Assembly: GCA_020724845.1 (NCBI GenBank)
Contig: DYGE01000006.1
Span: 1 to 51,570, forward strand
Length of the DNA stretch: 51,570 nt
Origin: Candidatus Paceibacter sp.
GTDB lineage: Bacteria; Patescibacteriota; Minisyncoccia; UBA6257; 02-FULL-45-10c
Direction: 5' to 3'
Shown: one piece after another, positions 1 through 8,776 of the stretch
How positions within the stretch are numbered: position 1 is the first letter of the stretch
Layout of the letters: every line of letters begins with the position of its first letter
Translations under genes and position numbers: made by a program
Notes under the pieces: model-generated
What the model was told of the DNA's origin: nothing
Seen by the model: the letters and a program-made list of their open reading frames with translations, nothing else
Database searches by the model: none

Positions 1-741
1 AGGTCGGTCGATCTATTAAAATCAAAAAGCGATTTTATAACTATTGCCGCTCATCAGTTAAGAACGCCGCTGTCAGCCATTAACTGGTCTTTTCAAGAGA
101 TTAAAAAAGAGGCTAGCGATAACCAAAAAGATCTGATAAACAGCGGTTTGGCAGCAGCAAATAATTTGGTGAAGATAGTAGAGGATCTGCTTAACATTTC
201 CAAAATAGAAGAGGGCAGATTTGGATATAATTTCAAAAGAGGAGATTTGGTTTCCTTCTTGCAAGCCGCCCTAAACCAGGCTGCTCCAGTTGCCAAAGAG
301 TATGGGGTAAAGGTTTATATGGAGCCGCCTAAAGAAACTTCTATAATGCTGGAATACGATTCCGAAAAGTTAAGCCTGGTTCTTTCCAATATTCTAGAGA
401 ACGCCATTAAGTACAACGTGGGAAACGGCCAAGTCGTGGTTAGTGTTCAGCGCCGCGCCGACGCCCCGTTTGTCCAAGTAGATATTGCTGACACGGGTAT
501 TGGCATTTCAGAAGAGACTCTTAAAAATATGTTCACTAAGTTTTATCGAGGGGATAACGCCATGACCAAAGAAACCGCCGGATCCGGGTTGGGGCTTTAT
601 ATAGCCAAGAATGTCATCAAGCGTCACGGCGGGCAAATTTGGGCGGATTCAGTAGTAGACAGGGGCACCACTGTTCATTTCACGCTGCCGACCGATTCCC
701 GTCTTATACCGCAAAAAGAAATAAGCAGGGGCGAGATATAA
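1..741 (+). CDS. Sensor histidine kinase, C-terminal part (HisKA + HATPase_c), 5'-truncated by the window edge
   Basis: Frame 1 is open from base 1. H-box FITIAAHQLRTPL, N-box NILENAIKY, G1 DTGIG, G2 GSGLGL. Confidence 0.9.
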   Translation, partial: RSVDLLKSKSDFITIAAHQLRTPLSAINWSFQEIKKEASDNQKDLINSGLAAANNLVKIVEDLLNISKIEEGRFGYNFKRGDLVSFLQAALNQAAPVAKEYGVKVYMEPPKETSIMLEYDSEKLSLVLSNILENAIKYNVGNGQVVVSVQRRADAPFVQVDIADTGIGISEETLKNMFTKFYRGDNAMTKETAGSGLGLYIAKNVIKRHGGQIWADSVVDRGTTVHFTLPTDSRLIPQKEISRGEI

Positions 742-743
742 AA

Positions 744-1664
744 ATGCCAGAGCTTCCCGAAGTACAAACAATCGTTAGCGATTTAAATAAAAAAATCATT
801 GGCCGACGAATAGTCGGCGTTTGGTTTGATTGGCCGAAAATGCTTAAGGATCCCCTGGATCAGCAAAGAAATAAAATCGCCCACAAACATGTTGCGGAGT
901 TTAAGAAGGCGATAAAAGGAAAGAAAATTATCAAAGTCATCCGGCGGGCCAAAAATATATTAATTTATTTAAGCGATGACTTGATGATGCTCATTCATTT
1001 AAAAATGACTGGCCATCTTCTCGTGGGGAAGTGGAGAGTAAAAAGCGCCAAAAGGAAAGAAGTGGTCGTGCCATTAGAGCCGAAAGAGGCGGTGGAGGAT
1101 CCGTACAACCAATATATTCACTTAATTTTTTATTTAGATGACGGCAAAATGCTTGGCTATTCGGATGTTCGTAAATTCGGTAAGGCAATATTGGGAACCA
1201 GGGAGCAGATAGAGAATTTACCAGAGCTTAAAAAACTAGGGCCGGAACCGTTAGATGCGAGTTTCAAGTTTATAAAGTTTGCAAAGTTAATAAAATCAGA
1301 GGAAAGAAAAATCAAGCAGGTTCTAATGGACCCAGAAGTGATCGCTGGCATAGGGAATATCTACTCTGACGACATTTTGTGGAAGGCCAAGGTTCATCCG
1401 CTTAAACCGGCTAATAAATTAGACAGAAAAGAGTTGAAAGCTCTCTGGAAGTCAATGCGAGAGATTTTAGCGAAAGCGGTCAAGCTTCGCGGCACCTCTA
1501 CCAGTGATTATCGTGACACTGCCGGAAAAAAAGGAGAATATACCGAAGAGCGCCTGGTCTATCAGCGCGAGGATGAGCCGTGCGATCGCTGCGGTACAAA
1601 AATAAAGCGAATTGCTGTCGGCGGCAGATCCGCGCATTTTTGCCCTGCCTGCCAGCGCTTGTAG
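744..1664 (+). CDS. mutM: Formamidopyrimidine-DNA glycosylase (Fpg/MutM)
   Basis: Catalytic N-terminus MPELPEV (ATG at 744), HLKMTG, GIGNIYSDD H2TH motif, C-terminal zinc finger CDRC...CPACQ. Confidence 0.96.
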   Translation: MPELPEVQTIVSDLNKKIIGRRIVGVWFDWPKMLKDPLDQQRNKIAHKHVAEFKKAIKGKKIIKVIRRAKNILIYLSDDLMMLIHLKMTGHLLVGKWRVKSAKRKEVVVPLEPKEAVEDPYNQYIHLIFYLDDGKMLGYSDVRKFGKAILGTREQIENLPELKKLGPEPLDASFKFIKFAKLIKSEERKIKQVLMDPEVIAGIGNIYSDDILWKAKVHPLKPANKLDRKELKALWKSMREILAKAVKLRGTSTSDYRDTAGKKGEYTEERLVYQREDEPCDRCGTKIKRIAVGGRSAHFCPACQRL

Positions 1665-1718
1665 CCATCAACAACTTATTCGTTGTTAGTTATTGGCTGT
1701 AAGTTGTAAGTTAAGAGT

Positions 1719-2522
1719 ATGTTGATATTCTTATACGGCCCCGAATCTTATCGGCGCCAACAAAAATTGAGGAGCATTACGGATGGCTATAGAAGCAAGC
1801 ATTCCGGATTTTCTATGGAGCGGTTTTTCTTGGAAAAAAAGGAGGACTTTTTGAGGCTGAGGGATTTCAATAAAAACAGATCCTTATTTGACGCTTTAAG
1901 ATTCGGGATTGTTTCGGGAATTTCTTCTTTAGAAGGAAAAGACAAGAAAGAACTTTCTGCTATTCTGTCCGAAAATCTGGATAACAAAGATGCGGTTATT
2001 TTAATCAGCGAAGAAAAAAAGCCGGCCAAGGAATTCGGTTTCCTGCTCAAAAAACCAGTTCTTTCGCAGGAGTTTAAAGATTTGGATAGCGCTCAGGCAA
2101 GAAGATTTCTGCAGGAAGCGTCAAAGGAAAGAGATCTAAAACTAGACAGAGAAAGCCAGGAATTATTGATTAAAGTTTATGAAGGCAATGTTTGGGGATT
2201 GGTGACGGAACTGGACAAGTTGGCTTTATTAAATAAAAGAGAAGTTAGCTACGAAATGCTTAAGAGCCATTCCGATCTCTCTTTCTTGGCGAATGTTTAT
2301 TCAACAATTCACGAAATGCGCAATTCCAGAAGAATTGAGCGCAGGTTGTCTTTACTGGAACAGTCCATGCTTAGAAATGTTGATTCGGGGATGATTTTTA
2401 ATATATTCTCAACCTTTTTAAAAGACCTGGCTGAAAGGGTGCGGGCCGCTGATTATGATGTTTTGGTTAAATCCGGCAGGCTGGAATATCAAGAAGCGCT
2501 TTTCGCTTTGTTGTTAAATTAG
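1719..2522 (+). CDS. holA: DNA polymerase III delta subunit-like protein
   Basis: N-terminal MLIFLYGPESY and TELDKL motif; lies next to rpsT, as holA commonly does. Confidence 0.75.
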   Translation: MLIFLYGPESYRRQQKLRSITDGYRSKHSGFSMERFFLEKKEDFLRLRDFNKNRSLFDALRFGIVSGISSLEGKDKKELSAILSENLDNKDAVILISEEKKPAKEFGFLLKKPVLSQEFKDLDSAQARRFLQEASKERDLKLDRESQELLIKVYEGNVWGLVTELDKLALLNKREVSYEMLKSHSDLSFLANVYSTIHEMRNSRRIERRLSLLEQSMLRNVDSGMIFNIFSTFLKDLAERVRAADYDVLVKSGRLEYQEALFALLLN

Positions 2523-2524
2523 GA

Positions 2525-2558
2525 AAATAAATCAGCCCCTTATAGGGCTGATTTATTT
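2525..2558. terminator. Bidirectional intrinsic terminator
   Basis: Hairpin AAATAAATCAGCCC-CTTATA-GGGCTGATTTATTT between convergent genes. Confidence 0.75.
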
Positions 2559-2813
2559 TCCGGAAGCTGCTAATGCGGACAATCTAGACTTTAGGCGAGA
2601 AGCTTTATTTTTTTTGATGATTCCCACCTTGGCCGTCTTGTCCAGGATTTTATATATGCCAGGCAAGGAGCTTTTTGCGTCGTCTAATTTTCCGGCGGAA
2701 ACCAGTTTTTTATAGTTCTTTACTGCTTTTTTCAGGGCTTCTTTCTGCTTTGAATTATGCTCTCTTCGGCGAAGGTTCTGCCGATGTGCTTTTTTAGCTG
2801 ATTTAGTAATCAT
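2553..2813 (-). CDS. rpsT: 30S ribosomal protein S20
   Basis: KSAKKAHRQNLRRREHN ... LDKTAKVGIIKKNKASRLKSRL. Confidence 0.96.
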   Translation of the reverse strand: MITKSAKKAHRQNLRRREHNSKQKEALKKAVKNYKKLVSAGKLDDAKSSLPGIYKILDKTAKVGIIKKNKASRLKSRLSALAASGK

Positions 2814-2817
2814 ATAT

Positions 2818-2852
2818 TAGGGTATAGGGTTTAGGGTATAGGGTTTAGGTGT
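2818..2852. repeat. Heptamer tandem repeat (TAGGGTW)n
   Basis: TAGGGTA TAGGGTT TAGGGTA TAGGGTT TAGGTGT. Confidence 0.9.
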
Positions 2853-2866
2853 TTCCGTCAAGGGGG

Positions 2867-2895
2867 TTGACTTGCCATCATTTATATACTACTAT
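2867..2895 (+). promoter_or_regulatory. Sigma70-type promoter of the orphan gene at 2946
   Basis: TTGACT-17 bp-TACTAT, followed by a leader hairpin and SD GGGAGGT at 2934-2940. Confidence 0.7.
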
Positions 2896-2945
2896 CCAGT
2901 AAGTTCCGGAAGCCGATGCAATGGCTTCGGTATGGGAGGTAACAG

Positions 2946-3209
2946 ATGGCCGAGCAGAAGTCCAAGAAGAAGCACCGGGCGGCGGGTAAGCGCAGCGGGT
3001 GCTATAGCCGCTGGGCGGGCAACGTCGCCTACGGCGGAGGTCCGTCGATGCGCAAGCTTCGCAGGATCATCCGCTCCAGCGGGATGGAGGAGGCCAAGCG
3101 TCATGCCCAGAAGCATGGCCTTGGCGCCTTGCTTAAGGCGCTCCTTGCGGACCCTCCGAAGTGGATCCGGCGCAAGCTGGAGCGGGCCGAACAGAAATCG
3201 AGGTCCTGA
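2946..3209 (+). CDS. Small, very basic orphan protein (87 aa), G+C-rich
   Basis: Promoter, strong SD and downstream terminator (about 3220-3249). By manual count 73/87 codons end in G/C, identifying this as the coding frame. Confidence 0.75.
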   Translation: MAEQKSKKKHRAAGKRSGCYSRWAGNVAYGGGPSMRKLRRIIRSSGMEEAKRHAQKHGLGALLKALLADPPKWIRRKLERAEQKSRS

Positions 3210-3250
3210 TTCCAGCTCAGCCCCTAACTTTGTGAAGTTGGGGGCTTTTA

Positions 3251-5044
3251 TTATTGAGTTGTAATTTCCGCTAATTTTGATAAGTCAGACTCGGTGATGG
3301 CTTTTTTAATTGCCATCGGCTCAAGGCCCAATTTCTTATTGAATTCTTTCTGAATCTTTCTGCGACGGTTAGTTTCGGCAATGGTTTTTTTAATAGAATC
3401 AGTGATTCTGTCGGCGTAAAAAATTACCTTTCCATTCACTGATCTCGCGGCCCGTCCGGCCATCTGAATAAGTCCTCGGTAGTTGCGCAAGAATCCTTCG
3501 CGGTCAGCGTCTAAAATAGCTATTAAGCTGACTTCCGGGAGGTCCAATCCCTCTCTCAAAAGGTTTACGCCGACAACTACATCAACCTTCCCTTTTCTCA
3601 AGTCATTCAAAATCTCCGGCCTCTTCAAGGTTTTTATTTCAGAGTGAAGGTAGTGGGCTTTAATCCCGTGATTAAGTAGGAATTCCGTCAGGTCTTCAGC
3701 GGATCGCTTGGTTAAGGTAAGCGCCAAAACCCTCTCGTCTTGATTTATCCGCTTCTTTATCTCTTCCAGTAAATGATTTACTTGGGTGGCAACCGGTCGG
3801 ATAACGATTTCCGGATCCAGAATGCCGGTCGGCCTCACTAGCTGTTCGGCTATATTGGCTCCGGATTTGTCCAATTCATATGGCCCGGGCGTTGCGGAAA
3901 CATAGATTGTTTGTCTGATCTTTTCTTGAAACTCTCTGAATCTAAGAGGCCGGTTATCCAGCGCTGAAGGCAGGCGAAAGCCGTGATGTACCAGGGTGGA
4001 CTTTCTTTGCCGATCTCCTTCGTACATGGCGTTTAATTGCGGCACGGAAATGTGCGACTCGTCTATGAAAAGAAGAAATGGCTTTGGAAAATAATCCAGC
4101 AAGGTCGCTGGCGGCTCCCCGGGTTCTCTAAATGCCAAATGGCGAGAATAGTTCTCTATGCCGTTCACGTAGTTATTTTTCTTCAGCATTTCTATATCAA
4201 AAAGGGTTCTTTTTTCTATTCGGTCGGCTTCCGCGAAGCGGTTAGCCGATTGAAGCTGCTCAACCCGGTCTTCCATTTCATTCTTGATGTTCTGAAGCGC
4301 CAGCTTTAGTTTGTGCTGTGGCGTGACCCAGAATTTTGCGGGATAAATGGATATTTCCTCGATCGGATTACGATCTTCGGCGGCTAAAATCTGAATTAAT
4401 TTTTTTCCTTTGAATTCCAAATTTATTAAGTTGCCGGTAACGATGTGTATGATTACCCGATCTTTCAGAATTTTAAATTGACCTTGCGCCGGGTCTTTAG
4501 TAACCCTTTCGTATTGGAGAAAGTTAAGGTGGCGGGCCAAATCTGTCGAACTGATGTTTTGCCCGACTCTTAATTCCAGCCGAGTTTTTTGGTATTCCGA
4601 GGGGTCGCCTATGCCATAAATGCAAGAAACTGAAGCTACCACTAAAGCGTCTTTGCGGGTTAAAACATTCTGAATCGCGGAGTGGCGCAATTTATCTATT
4701 TCTTTATTTATTCGGGCATCTTTTTGGATATAGATATCCGTGTTCGGCAGGTAGGCCTCCGGCTGATAGTAGTCATAGTAGGAAACGAAATAACTTACGG
4801 CGTTGTACGGAAAGAAGGATTTGAATTCTTGATATAGCTGGGCCGCTAATATTTTGTTGGGAGAAATCACCAGCGTTGGCAGATTAAGTTTTGCGATTAC
4901 CGAGGCCATAGTAAAGGTTTTTCCGGAGCCGGTGACGCCCAAAAGAACCTGGTCTTGCTGGCCGGACTGCGTGCCGTCAATCAGCTTCTCAATAGCTTGC
5001 GGCTGGTCACCTTTTGGTTGAAAATTGGATACTAGTTTAAACAT
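3251..5044 (-). CDS. uvrB: Excinuclease ABC subunit B (compact, 597 aa)
   Basis: Walker A GVTGSGKT, beta-hairpin YYDYYQPEAY, DESH, LREGLDLPEV, QMAGRAAR. Confidence 0.97.
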   Translation of the reverse strand: MFKLVSNFQPKGDQPQAIEKLIDGTQSGQQDQVLLGVTGSGKTFTMASVIAKLNLPTLVISPNKILAAQLYQEFKSFFPYNAVSYFVSYYDYYQPEAYLPNTDIYIQKDARINKEIDKLRHSAIQNVLTRKDALVVASVSCIYGIGDPSEYQKTRLELRVGQNISSTDLARHLNFLQYERVTKDPAQGQFKILKDRVIIHIVTGNLINLEFKGKKLIQILAAEDRNPIEEISIYPAKFWVTPQHKLKLALQNIKNEMEDRVEQLQSANRFAEADRIEKRTLFDIEMLKKNNYVNGIENYSRHLAFREPGEPPATLLDYFPKPFLLFIDESHISVPQLNAMYEGDRQRKSTLVHHGFRLPSALDNRPLRFREFQEKIRQTIYVSATPGPYELDKSGANIAEQLVRPTGILDPEIVIRPVATQVNHLLEEIKKRINQDERVLALTLTKRSAEDLTEFLLNHGIKAHYLHSEIKTLKRPEILNDLRKGKVDVVVGVNLLREGLDLPEVSLIAILDADREGFLRNYRGLIQMAGRAARSVNGKVIFYADRITDSIKKTIAETNRRRKIQKEFNKKLGLEPMAIKKAITESDLSKLAEITTQ

Positions 5045-5131
5045 TAATTCTTGAATTTTGAATCAAGAATTATGAATTATGGACTGAAATTCAATAACCC
5101 TCCTTAATTCATTATTCACGATTCTTAATTC
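5045..5131. repeat. Degenerate heptamer tracts in opposite orientations in the uvrB/ruvA divergent promoter region
   Basis: GAATTTT GAATCAA GAATTAT GAATTAT, then TAATTCA TTATTCA CGATTCT TAATTCA. Confidence 0.7.
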
Positions 5132-5156
5132 ATCTTTTTATTGATATAATAGAAAT

Positions 5157-5735
5157 ATGCTCTATTCCCTATCCGGAAAATTGATTGCTAAGCAGGATAA
5201 TTCCTTCGCGATAGAGGTTGGCGGCGTGGCGTTCCAGCTGCGCTCATCTATCAATATCGTGAAGAGTTTACCACAGATTGGCGAATCAGTCAAAGTCTTT
5301 ACCCATCTGCACGTTCGGGAGGACGCTCTGGAGCTATATGGTTTCCTGGACAGAGAAGAGTTGGAATTCTTCGGCATGCTTATCAGCATTTCCGGCATTG
5401 GTCCGAAGTCTGCCTTGGGGGTTCTGGGAGTTGAGCGCGTGGACAATTTAAAGGCGGCTATCAGCGAGGGGAGATCTGGTCTTCTAACCAAAGTGTCAGG
5501 CATAGGCAAAAAATCAGCCGAACGAATCGTTTTAGAGCTGAAAAATAAACTAAAACAGGAAGGTTCGGACAAGTTAGTGGGAATAATGGAATCGGATCGC
5601 GATATTATAGAGGCCTTGGCTAATCTTGGCTATACCAAGTCGCAGGCTAAAGAGGCGCTGGCTAAAGTTGATTCTAATCTGCAGAAAATGGAGGAAAGAA
5701 TTAAGGCCGCGTTAAATTTCTTAAAAGAAAAATGA
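5157..5735 (+). CDS. ruvA: Holliday junction branch migration protein RuvA
   Basis: HVREDALELYGF, ISGIGPKSAL, VSGIGKKSAERIVLELK, ALANLGY. Confidence 0.97.
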   Translation: MLYSLSGKLIAKQDNSFAIEVGGVAFQLRSSINIVKSLPQIGESVKVFTHLHVREDALELYGFLDREELEFFGMLISISGIGPKSALGVLGVERVDNLKAAISEGRSGLLTKVSGIGKKSAERIVLELKNKLKQEGSDKLVGIMESDRDIIEALANLGYTKSQAKEALAKVDSNLQKMEERIKAALNFLKEK

Positions 5736-6949
5736 AATTATTGAAATCTTTTTATCACTACTTTTTGGCTTGGCTGGGGGATAAAATATATCGCCAGCCA
5801 TCTAGAAAGCTCCATGTGCTAGGAGTCACCGGCACCAAAGGAAAATCCACGGTGATAGAGCTGATTAACGCCATCCTGGAAGCCGCTGGCAAAAAGACCG
5901 CTTTAATGTCTTCGGTTCGTCTGAAAATCGGGGAAATTAACAACCCTAATTTGACTGGAATGACCATGCCGGGGCGTTTTTTTATCCAGCGATTTTTAAG
6001 TTGGGCGGTGGATAAGGGGTGTGAATATGCTCTTATTGAGGTGACTTCCCAAGGAGTCCTCCAACATCGCCACAAATTCATAGATTTTGATTCGGCTATT
6101 ATCAATAATCTGGAGCCGGAACACATTGAGGCGCACGGGTCATTTGAGAATTATAGAAACAGCAAGGTTAAGTTCTTTGCCGACGTAGCAAGTGCCTCTA
6201 AAAAGAATCAGAAGCGGTTTTTCGTCAATTCTGATACTAGGGATTATCAGTATTTTGTTGACGCGGCGAAAAACAAAGGTGAAATATTATTCTATAATAG
6301 AAAGGACTTTAGTAAAGTAAAAATAAAAACCAAACTAATTGGAGATTTTAATATTGAGAACATCGCTGCCGCAATGGCTTTCGCGCGCTCTGTCGGCATT
6401 GATTGGGATACTATCAAGGCAGCCGTTGAATCTTTTGACGGGGTTCCCGGCCGCCTGGAATTCGTTCAGAGGGTGCCTTTTTCGGTCATTATTGATTATG
6501 CGCACACTCCCGATTCTCTAGAGAAGGTATATAAGGCCTTGAGCAGGCAAGTGGCTCGCAGAAATAAGTCTTCAAATTTGATTTGCGTCCTCGGATCGGC
6601 CGGTGGCGGGCGGGATATCTGGAAGCGTCCGGTTATGGGAGAAATAGCATCCAGGTATTGCGATAAGGTTATTCTGACTAATGAAGATCCCTTTGATGAA
6701 GATCCGAGAGAAATAATGGATGAAATCGCGGCCGGGATTCGCAGCGAGGATAAGAAAAAAGTTAAAAAGATAATCAATCGCAAAGAGGCGATTCGGGCTG
6801 CTATTAAGGGCGCGAAAAAAGGAGACACGGTAATCATTACCGGCAAAGGGTCAGAGCCGTATATGAGGGTTGCCGGCGGGAAGAAAGTCCCTTGGAACGA
6901 GCGGGAAATGGTTTTGAGGATTCTGAATAATGAAAAAATCGAAATATAA
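5732..6949 (+). CDS. murE: UDP-N-acetylmuramyl-tripeptide synthetase (MurE-like)
   Basis: GVTGTKGKST, EVTSQG, VPGRLE, IDYAHTPDSL, GGGRD, TNEDP, TGKG. Confidence 0.88.
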   Translation: MKLLKSFYHYFLAWLGDKIYRQPSRKLHVLGVTGTKGKSTVIELINAILEAAGKKTALMSSVRLKIGEINNPNLTGMTMPGRFFIQRFLSWAVDKGCEYALIEVTSQGVLQHRHKFIDFDSAIINNLEPEHIEAHGSFENYRNSKVKFFADVASASKKNQKRFFVNSDTRDYQYFVDAAKNKGEILFYNRKDFSKVKIKTKLIGDFNIENIAAAMAFARSVGIDWDTIKAAVESFDGVPGRLEFVQRVPFSVIIDYAHTPDSLEKVYKALSRQVARRNKSSNLICVLGSAGGGRDIWKRPVMGEIASRYCDKVILTNEDPFDEDPREIMDEIAAGIRSEDKKKVKKIINRKEAIRAAIKGAKKGDTVIITGKGSEPYMRVAGGKKVPWNEREMVLRILNNEKIEI

Positions 6950-7352
6950 GGTCTTATCCCATACTGCGGATCTGCGGCTGGAAGTATATGGAGAAACCCT
7001 TGAGGAGCTTTTTAAAAATGCTGCGGAAGCTCTCGCTGATATATTATCAACGAAGGATGCGGGGGTTGGGGATGGGGGTTTGGAAAAAGTGAAAGTTGAA
7101 TCCTTAAATAAAAATACTCTTTTAGTGGATTTCTTGAATGAGATTTTGGCGAAGAGCCACATTAATAAAAAAATTTATAAAATTTCAAATATCAAAATCC
7201 AAATTTCAAATGGAAAAAATATTGCAGAAACTGAACTGATTGGTTGTCCGGTTGAAGGATTTGACGAAGATATCAAGGCGGCGACATATCACGAGGTTGA
7301 TATTAAGCAAAAAGACGGAATTTGGCAGACGAAGCTTATTCTTGACATTTAG
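6930..7352 (+). CDS. Archease (RtcB cofactor)
   Basis: HTADL..V.G..LEELF.NAA.AL N-terminus and IKAATYH...LDI C-terminus; directly upstream of rtcB. Confidence 0.93.
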   Translation: MKKSKYKVLSHTADLRLEVYGETLEELFKNAAEALADILSTKDAGVGDGGLEKVKVESLNKNTLLVDFLNEILAKSHINKKIYKISNIKIQISNGKNIAETELIGCPVEGFDEDIKAATYHEVDIKQKDGIWQTKLILDI

Positions 7353-7366
7353 TTAAATTATAAATA

Positions 7367-8758
7367 ATGGACAAAAAATTTCTGAAGAAAATTTCTGATT
7401 ATATTTGGGAAATTCCCAAGAGTTATCGCGGTGACATGAAGGTCCCGGCGCGGGTGTTTGCGAGTGAAAAATTATTGGATGTCATATTTGATGATCGTTC
7501 TCTGGATCAATTGGTAAATGTTTCCACTTTACCCGGAATACAGAAATGGGCGCTTGCGATGCCGGACATTCATGAGGGGTATGGGTTTCCGATAGGAGGG
7601 GTGGCCGCTTTTGATGCGGAGGAGGGAATTATTTCTCCCGGCGGGATCGGTTATGACATAAATTGCGGTGTCAGATTAATAAAAACCCCGGTTTCCTATG
7701 GCGAAATAAAAGATAAAATTCCGGATTTGGCGACTCAATTATATAACGAAGTGCCGTCCGGCGTGGGTAAGGGCGGTAAGTTAAAATTATCAAATAAAGA
7801 TTTGGATAATGTACTTCTAAAAGGCGTTGATGCGATGATTGAGATGGGTTACGCGATCGAAGCTGACAAAGAGTATTGCGAGTCGTTTGGTCGTTTGGAA
7901 GATGCCGACCCCGATCTGGTTTCCAAAACTGCCAAAGACCGCGGCCGCGACCAATTAGGCACCGTCGGCTCCGGCAATCATTTTGCGGAAGTCCAAGTAG
8001 TGGATGAAATTCTTAATAAAGAAACCGCCTCAAAGCTGGGACTTTTGGAAAATCAAATTGTCATTATGGTTCATTGCGGTTCTCGCGGCTTGGGCCATCA
8101 GAATGCCACCGATTATATAAAATTAATGATGTCTTCCATGCCAAAATATGGCATTGAAATACCCGATCCGGAACTTGCCTGCGCTCCGGTTAACTCTCCG
8201 GAGGGGCAGAAGTATTGGAAATCAATGCTTGCTTCCGCCAACTTTGCCTGGGCTAATAGGCAATTTATTACTCATCTGATTCGCCGGGCATGGCAAAAGG
8301 TTTTTGGAAATGGCGCTGAAGAGCTTAAGCTGATTTATGACGTTGCCCACAATCTTGCTAAAAAAGAAGAGCATTTCGGCAAGCAAGTGATAGTCCATCG
8401 CAAGGGAGCGACTCGGTCCTTTCCCGGCCAGCCGGTGTTGATACCCGGATCCATGGGTACGGCGTCTTATGTGCTGGTAGGCCAGCCGGGAGCGATGGAA
8501 TTGAGTTTCGGGAGCTCCTGCCATGGCGCGGGAAGGGTAATGTCGCGCAGCAAAGCAAAGAAAGAAGTTTGGGGAGAGGATTTAAAAAAGGAATTGGAAA
8601 ACGAAGGCATATCTATAAGATCCGGTTCTATGTCTGGCTTGGCCGAGGAGGCGCCGATTGCGTATAAAGATGTGGACGAAGTGGTGAATATCGTAGATGG
8701 CGCGGGACTCGCCAAGAAAGTTGCCAGATTAAAACCAGTGGCGGTGATTAAAGGATAG
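7367..8758 (+). CDS. rtcB: RNA-splicing/repair ligase RtcB (long, archaeal/eukaryal-like type)
   Basis: MPDIHEGYGFPIGG, GYDINCG, GSGNHF, HCGSRG, HRKGAT, SCHGAGR, EEAPIAYK. Confidence 0.97.
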   Translation: MDKKFLKKISDYIWEIPKSYRGDMKVPARVFASEKLLDVIFDDRSLDQLVNVSTLPGIQKWALAMPDIHEGYGFPIGGVAAFDAEEGIISPGGIGYDINCGVRLIKTPVSYGEIKDKIPDLATQLYNEVPSGVGKGGKLKLSNKDLDNVLLKGVDAMIEMGYAIEADKEYCESFGRLEDADPDLVSKTAKDRGRDQLGTVGSGNHFAEVQVVDEILNKETASKLGLLENQIVIMVHCGSRGLGHQNATDYIKLMMSSMPKYGIEIPDPELACAPVNSPEGQKYWKSMLASANFAWANRQFITHLIRRAWQKVFGNGAEELKLIYDVAHNLAKKEEHFGKQVIVHRKGATRSFPGQPVLIPGSMGTASYVLVGQPGAMELSFGSSCHGAGRVMSRSKAKKEVWGEDLKKELENEGISIRSGSMSGLAEEAPIAYKDVDEVVNIVDGAGLAKKVARLKPVAVIKG

Positions 8759-8776
8759 TTTGATATAATAAAAGGG

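Noticed and set aside
639-743. N-terminal extensions in the ORF track (mutM 639, Clp 16273, rplT 23331, uvrC 40427, HU 43762)
   Set aside because: They overlap neighbouring genes or promoters; family-typical N-termini begin at downstream ATGs.
2818-2852. Eukaryotic telomere-like TTTAGGG repeat or contamination
   Set aside because: Only 5 units, internal, between bacterial genes, and one of many different heptamer tracts.
2872-3264. Alternative ORFs 2872..3264 (+) and 2892..3116 (-)
   Set aside because: SD position and codon bias support only 2946..3209.
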